Positions 44,334 to 50,111 of a stretch of 50,111 nucleotides of DNA are shown here, piece by piece. The position numbers and the translations under genes are program-made. Under the pieces are notes generated by a model. The model did not search any database and was not told the origin of the DNA. It saw only the letters and a program-made list of their open reading frames with translations. The stretch covers positions 1 to 50,111 of the IMG/VR virus record IMGVR_UViG_3300003322_000802; one strand, given 5' to 3'. Within the stretch, counting starts at the first letter, position 1. Each line of letters opens with the position of its first letter. Source of the DNA: a virus.

Positions 44334-44345
44334 TTCCCCGGGGAA
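44334..44345. promoter_or_regulatory. Perfect 12-bp palindrome TTCCCCGGGGAA (candidate activator site)
   Basis: Direct reading. It is centred about 85 bp upstream of the -24 element at 44424. Confidence 0.4.
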
Positions 44346-44423
44346 ACCCACCCCTGGTCCATAGACCCCAGCCGATCGGGCATAGATCCTGCATGTTGAT
44401 GGGATCTGGGGGCTGTAGACCCC

Positions 44424-44439
44424 TGGCACGAGGGTTGCT
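44424..44439 (+). promoter_or_regulatory. Sigma54 (RpoN) -24/-12 promoter element TGGCACG-N4-TTGCT
   Basis: CTGGCACGAGGGTTGCT is an exact match to TGGCAC-N5-TTGC with the preferred flanks. It is oriented toward the plus-strand early genes. Confidence 0.55.
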
Positions 44440-44674
44440 AGCCGTCCAGATCGTAAGCTGGCTCACTGCAGATCCTGCACTGTAGCGATCTGCCCCGCCT
44501 GTAGTCGATCAAGTCACCCTGCCAACCCCGCATGATCACTCAACGGCAACCCCCATGCCAGATCCAAGTGGAGTCGTTGACTACAGAGGTCTGTAGCCCC
44601 CTGCGGAATCATTGGGTTCCTGGCGACGCGATCCCGCCTCTCGACCTGGCACCGGAGCTGCACTAGAGGAGGTC

Positions 44675-44911
44675 ATGCGCCACTCGATGCAGACCATGCC
44701 GACCGTCGCCTGCACCCCTGATCAGCTCGCGACTCCCGATTGCCGCAAGCCCGCTCGTGGCATGCGTCTTGCCAAGCCGACCCGCGCCGAGATCACCGCT
44801 GCGGTTCTCGCATTCAGCTCCGGTGGCCTCGATCTGATCGCCGAGCTGGAGGGTGGTGAGCAGGTGGCCCGGATCATGCACGGCACCCCGATGCCGACCT
44901 GGCCCCGCTGA
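44675..44911 (+). CDS. First early-arm protein (78 aa), hypothetical
   Basis: Strong SD AGGAGG lies 3-4 nt before the ATG. Confidence 0.6.
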   Translation: MRHSMQTMPTVACTPDQLATPDCRKPARGMRLAKPTRAEITAAVLAFSSGGLDLIAELEGGEQVARIMHGTPMPTWPR

Positions 44912-44965
44912 GCACTGTCGATTTCCCTTGACCGCGGGCAACCGCGAGAGTAGGATGGTCTGGAG

Positions 44966-45238
44966 ATGAGGGACACCGAGCTGAACGAGCTGCTCAAAGA
45001 GGCTGCGTGGCAGGGACGTGATCTCGGTCACGCCATCTACCGCGAGGATCTCACCGAGGAGGATGCGACCTTCATGGTGGCCCAGATGTCCCGGCCGCTC
45101 CGCCAGCGCATCGATGCTATCGTCGAGAAGAGCGCGGTGAGCTGCACGGGGGCCGAGAAGCGGGCTCTCTACGACGCAGCCGAACGCGCACTCCACCAAC
45201 GCCTCACGGGCAACGACAGTAACGAGGAGATCAACTGA
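44966..45238 (+). CDS. Hypothetical protein (90 aa)
   Basis: ORF with a coding-like composition. Confidence 0.55.
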   Translation: MRDTELNELLKEAAWQGRDLGHAIYREDLTEEDATFMVAQMSRPLRQRIDAIVEKSAVSCTGAEKRALYDAAERALHQRLTGNDSNEEIN

Positions 45239-45516
45239 TGATCGATCCTATGGCCAAGTATCTGGTAGCCGAGATGACCCTCGATGGCAAGTTCACCCGG
45301 TTCGATCAGCTGGGCAACACGATCACCCCGCAACCGATGGACTTCTATCCAGATCCGCCCGAGGGTCCGATCGTGCAGATCGAGGAGTGGCCGCAGGTGG
45401 GCCGCACGTGGTTCGTCCAGGCCAGCCGGCTACTCAGAGGTACCGAGAACGATCTCCTGATCGAAGAGGACAAGGCACGGAGGAACATCGATGGCATCCC
45501 CTCGATCTTCGAGTAG
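45238..45516 (+). CDS. Hypothetical protein (92 aa)
   Basis: ATGA-type overlap with the upstream gene. Confidence 0.55.
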   Translation: MIDPMAKYLVAEMTLDGKFTRFDQLGNTITPQPMDFYPDPPEGPIVQIEEWPQVGRTWFVQASRLLRGTENDLLIEEDKARRNIDGIPSIFE

Positions 45517-45679
45517 CTGGAGGGAGGAGCGGCTGGCGGAGGACGGGATCGTGGTCCTCAGCTTCACCAGGGGCCCGGCGGCAATCCCCGGGAGCGTCTG
45601 GCAACTCCGCCCCTCTGTGTTCCTCTGGTACGCACGAGCGAGCGAGATGCTGGTACCGCTGCTGAAGTCCCCGCACTGA
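45491..45679 (+). CDS. Possible small ORF (62 aa or shorter)
   Basis: High GC3 in the distal two-thirds. The start is uncertain. Confidence 0.3.
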   Translation: MASPRSSSSWREERLAEDGIVVLSFTRGPAAIPGSVWQLRPSVFLWYARASEMLVPLLKSPH

Positions 45680-46158
45680 AGAGATCCCTGGCAAGATCGA
45701 AATGGGATGGCAACGGGATCATGTAGTGACATAACTCACTCTGGATCCCTACAGGCCACCCATATGCGGAGCCCGCTGGCTACCCGGCGTGATCTGTAGC
45801 CCCATCAACCTCTAGGCTGATCTCCAGAGCCTAGCCCTAAGCGTAAAGGCGAGGGTCGATACATCTGAGAGAGCAATGAGCGCCACTAGCGAGCCTGTTA
45901 AGGCGAAGCCATGTAGCTCACCAGGAGGGGGACCAGTACCCCGCACAGCATCGGACATTGCCCTACGATCTAGATCGCGCGATGCCTAGTAAGCGTCGTG
46001 TAGGCTAGGGAGGCCCTTGTCACGAGCTGAGAGCCCGAGTGTCATCAACGCTACCGCTCTCCGAGCCTGCAATGCAGCCACAATGCCAATGGTCCCGGGT
46101 CGCCGGATCACTGGCCGAGTGTGCAAGCGGCAGGCCATAAAGAGAGTGCACCGAGGGG

Positions 46159-46187
46159 TTGACACGAGGGCCGGACTGCACTATCTT
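46159..46187 (+). promoter_or_regulatory. Sigma70 promoter: TTGACA, 17 nt, TATCTT
   Basis: TTGACA at 46159-64 and TATCTT at 46182-87, directly upstream of the tRNA-like element. Confidence 0.55.
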
Positions 46188-46188
46188 C

Positions 46189-46256
46189 GCTCTTGTCCAG
46201 GAACGGTGAGTAGGCCATGAAGGCCGAAAATGAGGGTTCGAGTCCCCACAAGAGCA
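46189..46256 (+). ncRNA. Degenerate tRNA-like element (no CCA, weak D and T stems, 5-nt or atypical 7-nt anticodon-like loop)
   Basis: An 8-bp acceptor-like helix, GCTCTTGT with ACAAGAGC. T-loop word GGGTTCGAGTCCCC. Central hairpin GGCC-ATGAA-GGCC. Confidence 0.35.
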
Positions 46257-46285
46257 CTAGCCGCTAGGCACGAAAGGATACTCCC

Positions 46286-46642
46286 ATGAGAGATCTCGAC
46301 ATTCCGCACCCCGACGCGATGCGAACCGTGGAGATGGGCAAGTGGACCATCTCCCTGTACGAGACGCCGCACGTGGATCGCATGGGCAAGAGCGGCATCA
46401 GAGTCACCATTCACGAGGATGAGGCCCTGGTGTACGATACGGGCGCAGCCCCCTACGGCCTGGTCTACGTCCCCGGTCACCAAAGCATCGATGGCAACGC
46501 GTCTCTCTTCTCAGCCATCAGCCTATGCTGCCACGATGCCAGCCACGACAGGGAAGGCAACTCCCGGGACAGCGGGTTCGACGACGAGGGCCTGTCGGAC
46601 CTTGCCGAATGTCACGAGGAGGACGATGCTACTCAAGCCTAA
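46286..46642 (+). CDS. Hypothetical protein (118 aa, acidic C-terminus)
   Basis: SD AAAGGA lies upstream of the ATG. Confidence 0.55.
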   Translation: MRDLDIPHPDAMRTVEMGKWTISLYETPHVDRMGKSGIRVTIHEDEALVYDTGAAPYGLVYVPGHQSIDGNASLFSAISLCCHDASHDREGNSRDSGFDDEGLSDLAECHEEDDATQA

Positions 46643-46820
46643 CAACTGCCGCGAGTGCCCCTGCTTCAAGTCCTGGCGTGACGTAGCCGGGGGTGTCTGC
46701 CAGGTGATGCATCGGGGCCTCTACGATATCGACGAGGCGGTGCGACCACCTCACTGGTGCCCGGCGCGGGATGGCGTCACCATCGTGGTGGTCAAACCAA
46801 TCAGCAAGGAAGGCAACTAG
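46626..46820 (+). CDS. Cys-rich hypothetical protein (64 aa)
   Basis: CRECPC...C...C pattern. Overlaps the upstream gene end. Confidence 0.45.
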   Translation: MLLKPNNCRECPCFKSWRDVAGGVCQVMHRGLYDIDEAVRPPHWCPARDGVTIVVVKPISKEGN

Positions 46821-47189
46821 ATGCGCTCTCTACCTCGCCTTTTCTCCGCTATGCTAGCCATTCTGCCGGGGTGCTGCGACAATGGCTCCACCTCGGAGAA
46901 TGAGTACAACCTCAACGCGGAGATCGATCTCTGCGTTACCGGCTGCCTTAGGGAGCGGGATGCGTGCCCCGGCACCGAGCCGCCACGGGTCACCTGCCGC
47001 GAGCAGTGCAACAACCTGATGGCGCGCAGCTTCCAGGACTGTGCCGACGAAGTACACGAGATCCTGCTCTGCCAGGCGCTCGACGACTACAGCGACTGCA
47101 GCGTGTCGGGCACCGGCCAGTGCGATCACCTCGCGGAGCCCTGGGTGCGTTGCATGGTGGCTCATCCGATCATGACCACGGGGAATTGA
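46821..47189 (+). CDS. Cys-rich secreted lipoprotein (122 aa)
   Basis: Signal peptide with lipobox LPGC (MRSLPRLFSAMLAILPGCC). There are 12 Cys in the mature part. Confidence 0.6.
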   Translation: MRSLPRLFSAMLAILPGCCDNGSTSENEYNLNAEIDLCVTGCLRERDACPGTEPPRVTCREQCNNLMARSFQDCADEVHEILLCQALDDYSDCSVSGTGQCDHLAEPWVRCMVAHPIMTTGN

Positions 47190-47197
47190 TCCCCTCT

Positions 47198-47298
47198 GCC
47201 TCTATAGCTCAGAATTGGCCGAGCGGCCTCCCAATCGCGTATCCTCCCAGGGCGCGAGTAAGAGGCGGACGGTGGTTCGACTCCACCTAGAGGCACCA
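47198..47298 (+). tRNA. tRNA-like gene with an encoded CCA and canonical acceptor, D and T arms, but a 41-nt rod in place of the anticodon arm
   Basis: Acceptor GCCTCTA/TAGAGGC. D arm GCTC-AGAATTGGCC-GAGC. T arm GGTGG-TTCGACT-CCACC. Ends A-CCA. The stem GCCTC/GAGGC encloses 31 nt that contain an inner stem TCGCG/CGCGA. Confidence 0.5.
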
Positions 47299-47423
47299 TA
47301 CGATCAACAACATAAGGGCGGGACTTGGGGCATCGGGCCCCATGATCTAACCCCGCGGGCCACGTAGGGATCCGATGTTCCCACGCGTTCGCTAATGCCA
47401 ACGAGCATTTCTGAGGTTCTCCC

Positions 47424-48128
47424 ATGCGCTTTCCCTCCATTCAGAACGTTGCCAAGTCCCTTCGCGATCTCTCTCAGTCCCTCGACGCGGCTACCGGTCC
47501 CCATGAGGTGCACCTTCGCGTCACCGAGGACAGTCAATGGTCTATCGCCGTCGGCAGAGCGGAAGCTGGCCCCGGCCACGTGGGTAACGGGTCCGTCCCC
47601 GGCGGCCCCAAGCGATTCGCATCCACTGTTCTCGCTCGCGCCATGATCAGCGAGGCCCGAGCTGACCACGATGCCACGGTGAGTCTCCAGAAGGAGATGC
47701 GCGCCACGATGCGAGCGGCCGCCATCGCCCGTCGCCCCAAGCGCAAGACCGGCCCCTTCGACATCGGGGAGATGGTCTCCGCGGTGGATGGACAGGTGGT
47801 GGGTCGCGTGGTGGGTCATGGCACCATCTACACCCAGCTGGGCCCGGTCCACGTCCATATGGTGGAGCTGGCGGCCCCGATCAATCAGCCCGGATTCCCC
47901 ATTCAGGTCAACGTGGTTCCCTTGGCGGACTCGATGCTGGTCCGCGCCGGTAGCTTCACCACCACCCCCGACGAGCTGACCCCCGTGATGGTTGATGAGG
48001 AGCCCGCTGCCAAGCCCTTTCCCGTGGCCCCCGTTACCCCGCGACCGGTCACCCAGACCACTCCCCCGCCGCGTCGCCGCGCCCGTGGTACGACGGCTCG
48101 TAACACCAAGGCACCGATCCGCCACTGA
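47424..48128 (+). CDS. Hypothetical protein (234 aa, Pro/Arg-rich C-terminus)
   Basis: ORF with a coding-like composition. Confidence 0.6.
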   Translation: MRFPSIQNVAKSLRDLSQSLDAATGPHEVHLRVTEDSQWSIAVGRAEAGPGHVGNGSVPGGPKRFASTVLARAMISEARADHDATVSLQKEMRATMRAAAIARRPKRKTGPFDIGEMVSAVDGQVVGRVVGHGTIYTQLGPVHVHMVELAAPINQPGFPIQVNVVPLADSMLVRAGSFTTTPDELTPVMVDEEPAAKPFPVAPVTPRPVTQTTPPPRRRARGTTARNTKAPIRH

Positions 48129-48151
48129 GCCGCAATGGAGGCGGCAATACT

Positions 48152-48388
48152 ATGGCTAGTAAGCTTCCTGCTATCTTCAAGCTTGGCGATACACGCGAGG
48201 CCTTGGGTTTCGTGTGGGGGTGGACGAAGGTTGGCGATGGGTACGCCTTCTTCTGGTGGCCCCGCCGTGTCGTTGTCACCCAGGAATTCTGTCTTGACAG
48301 TTGCAATCGTCCGTGTTGGTTTGAGAAAAGCAGGGACTGGCCTAAGGAGAGGGCCCAGCTTCCATCCGCCACCCTGGTGAAGGGATAA
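48152..48388 (+). CDS. Hypothetical Trp-rich protein (78 aa)
   Basis: ORF with a coding-like composition. Confidence 0.5.
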   Translation: MASKLPAIFKLGDTREALGFVWGWTKVGDGYAFFWWPRRVVVTQEFCLDSCNRPCWFEKSRDWPKERAQLPSATLVKG

Positions 48389-48393
48389 CTCCC

Positions 48394-48564
48394 ATGCGTG
48401 ATTTTCGCCTCATGGTTCTGTGGCTGGCCACGGTGCCTCTCTTCTGGCTCCCAGAGTACCAGGGCAACCTATACCAGTCGATTCTGCTTGCCCTCTGCTA
48501 CTCCCTCGCTGTACATCATGCGTACAGGAAGGATGACCATGGCGAAGGCAAAGACAAAGGCTGA
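48394..48564 (+). CDS. Small two-TM membrane protein (56 aa)
   Basis: MRDFRLMVLWLATVPLFWLP...SILLALCYSLAV. Below the ORF-track cut-off. Confidence 0.4.
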   Translation: MRDFRLMVLWLATVPLFWLPEYQGNLYQSILLALCYSLAVHHAYRKDDHGEGKDKG

Positions 48565-48694
48565 ATTCCTCGCTAGGCTACGGGAGATCCGAGAGAAAAT
48601 CAACGCCCGCCGAGCGGAGCGAGCCCAACGCAACCGACGCAAGATGGCACTAGAGGAGGCAATGGATGCCCTGTGGACAGATGTATCCCTGTGA
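48533..48694 (+). CDS. Small basic helical protein (53 aa)
   Basis: SD AGGAAGG lies before the ATG. The sequence is Lys/Arg-rich and helical. Confidence 0.4.
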   Translation: MTMAKAKTKAEFLARLREIREKINARRAERAQRNRRKMALEEAMDALWTDVSL

Positions 48695-48790
48695 TGTCCC
48701 GGCCCGCCTCAGCCGCTGGTGGGATCTCATGGCGCTAGCTCCCATCATCTTCTGGCTGCTGGTGATGTTCCTCGACTGGAGATGCACCTC

Positions 48791-48937
48791 ATGAGCACCT
48801 CACAACGTCGCTACCTCATCAGCATCATGGCTAGGAGGTACCGAGCCCCCATCGAGCGGGGTAAGGATGAGCAACTCCGCCCCGAGTCCGGTCTATACCT
48901 GGCCATCGAGGCGCTACCGAGAGAGGGAGGTTACTGA
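48791..48937 (+). CDS. Hypothetical protein (48 aa)
   Basis: Internal ATG. Its TGATG overlap with the next gene supports translation. Confidence 0.35.
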   Translation: MSTSQRRYLISIMARRYRAPIERGKDEQLRPESGLYLAIEALPREGGY

Positions 48938-49665
48938 TGCCCTACGTCATCAGGCGACGAGAGGAAATGCGTCCCGGCGATAGATGGGACAACGCGAGTA
49001 TGGTGGAAGGCTCACTAAGGGGCGACCTCGAAGCCGGCACAAGAGTCCTCTCGTGGAATGAACACGCCTACGAGGAGAGGGACTTCTACAACTACTTCCT
49101 GGTGTGGGTTGATGAGGCTCACCCACTAGCTACCGACTCAACTACGGGAATCTTCAGTCTCAGCCATCGTCACAAGGAGAACCATATGCTCACCGCCGAG
49201 ATCAGCCGCAAGAAGGACGGATTCACCTACATCTACCTCAAGAGCCCCGAGGTGGCGGAGCTTGTCACCTCGCTTCGCACCCACCGCACAGGCAGCAATC
49301 AGACGTTCAATCAGAACCTGGCAGGGGAGTGGTCCTCCCGCTGTGAGGGCTCCTCGGCATGGGCCAATGCTATCCAGCTGTACCGGAACAATTCCGAGGC
49401 ACTGGCGGCAGTGGGACTCCATGATATGGACCGCCCCTTCACCTACAGCCGGGGCAGCGGCACTGTCAACATCGGCTCCATGCTGATCACCAATAAGCAC
49501 CTCGCGGAGGGGTGCTACTTCCGCTGCTCGCTTCCACAGTCGCCTGAGTCGCTGCAGGCGCTGGGGGTGGGGCTCCGCAAGAGTATCCAGGATCTTGTGG
49601 CCATGAGCCGCGAGATCACCATCAGCGTCAACCTGATCGCTAAGCCGCCGGTGGCCGCCCCGTGA
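48937..49665 (+). CDS. Hypothetical protein (242 aa)
   Basis: ORF with a coding-like composition. No motif recognised. Confidence 0.6.
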   Translation: MPYVIRRREEMRPGDRWDNASMVEGSLRGDLEAGTRVLSWNEHAYEERDFYNYFLVWVDEAHPLATDSTTGIFSLSHRHKENHMLTAEISRKKDGFTYIYLKSPEVAELVTSLRTHRTGSNQTFNQNLAGEWSSRCEGSSAWANAIQLYRNNSEALAAVGLHDMDRPFTYSRGSGTVNIGSMLITNKHLAEGCYFRCSLPQSPESLQALGVGLRKSIQDLVAMSREITISVNLIAKPPVAAP

Positions 49666-49868
49666 TTCTGCTACCCGTGGAGATCGAGTGCGATGGGGAG
49701 TGGGGATCTGGTGATTGCGCCACCGGGAGTAACGCCCGGGCCGCCATTCAGGTGACCATCACAGAGAAAGGTAAGATGAGAGGCGAGGTGAGACTGCCTG
49801 TCGGCTGGAAAAACCACGGCAGCAGCTACGTCATCTGCCCCTTCTGCATCAAGAAGCGAGGATTCTGA
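49662..49868 (+). CDS. Zn-ribbon-like hypothetical protein (68 aa, GTG start)
   Basis: GTGA overlap upstream. C..C near the N-terminus and CPFC near the C-terminus. Confidence 0.5.
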   Translation: MILLPVEIECDGEWGSGDCATGSNARAAIQVTITEKGKMRGEVRLPVGWKNHGSSYVICPFCIKKRGF

Positions 49869-49869
49869 C

Positions 49870-50111
49870 ATGCCATTCACCATCGAGCAGGTACTCACCT
49901 GGTGCCCCCGGCCCGAGCCCCGCTTTGGCAGCTACCCGGGTTGCCAGGGGGAATGCGACAACCTCTGGCGGCAGCTGGAGGCGGAGGGTTTCTCGGGTCA
50001 CCCCATGACCCTGGAGCAGCAGTGCACATTCGACGTAGCCACGCCGCCAGTCTCCGCCAGCACCATCGGTAGCGTCACGGGCCGCCGCCAACCCAGCCAA
50101 CCCAGCCAACC
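49870..50111 (+). CDS. 5' part of the amidoligase ORF (Cys-rich N-terminal extension plus QPS repeat); no stop before the window end
   Basis: The ATG lies 1 nt after the upstream stop. Codon use is good. The frame is continuous with 1..990 through the 23-nt overlap, giving 402 codons in total. Confidence 0.6.
   Translation, partial: MPFTIEQVLTWCPRPEPRFGSYPGCQGECDNLWRQLEAEGFSGHPMTLEQQCTFDVATPPVSASTIGSVTGRRQPSQPSQ
50089..50111. repeat. Right-end copy of the 23-nt terminal overlap (CAACCCAGC tandem repeat)
   Basis: Identical to nt 1-23. Confidence 0.95.

Noticed and set aside
44647-44661. A second sigma54-like element, TGGCAC-cggag-CTGC.
   Set aside because: The -12 element deviates (CTGC rather than TTGC). 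The implied start site would fall on the SD/ATG of the first early gene, leaving no leader. It is probably fortuitous.
1-50111. CRISPR array, diversity-generating retroelement, retron, or integrase/attP module.
   Set aside because: There are no spaced direct repeats. No ORF has reverse-transcriptase (YxDD) or tyrosine/serine recombinase motifs. No long near-identical template/variable repeat pair was noticed. The tRNA-like element at 46189 therefore lacks the integrase needed for an attP interpretation.

Overview
The window is a complete, self-closing genome of a high-GC dsDNA phage, about 50.09 kb. Its first 23 nt equal its last 23 nt, and one ORF reads in frame across that junction.

Layout: two divergent arms leave a roughly 1-kb non-coding control region (43681-44674).
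- The plus arm runs 44675 -> window end -> 1 -> 20280. It carries early, recombination, replication and nucleotide-metabolism genes: amidoligase plus class II amidotransferase, Dam-like methyltransferase, ERF, Cas4-like exonuclease, SSB, DnaB-like helicase, a split family-A DNA polymerase, RNA ligase, class II (B12-dependent) RNR and ThyX.
- The minus arm runs 43680 -> 20328. It carries a podovirus/P22-like morphogenesis module (TerL, portal, scaffold, coat, tail and large ejection-type proteins) followed by overlapping spanins.
- The arms converge on a bidirectional terminator at about 20285-20313.
- I recognised no integrase, repressor, RNA polymerase, primase, reverse transcriptase or CRISPR array.

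Most interesting observations:
1. A consensus sigma70 promoter is followed by a 530-nt structured leader. That leader carries, in the canonical order, the conserved words of a cobalamin riboswitch, and it sits upstream of the operon that ends with the B12-dependent RNR.
2. A perfect sigma54 -24/-12 promoter with an upstream palindrome lies in the early control region, although the phage encodes no activator.
3. An amidoligase/amidotransferase cassette is followed by five tandem small paralogues.
4. Two aberrant tRNA-like genes occur in a genome that also encodes an RNA ligase. One has an encoded CCA and a 41-nt rod in place of the anticodon arm.
5. The PolA gene is cleanly split.
6. The genome contains many GTGA/ATGA-coupled hydrophobic micro-ORFs.

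Limits: all functional calls come from motif recognition by eye. No database search or RNA covariance-model search was run.
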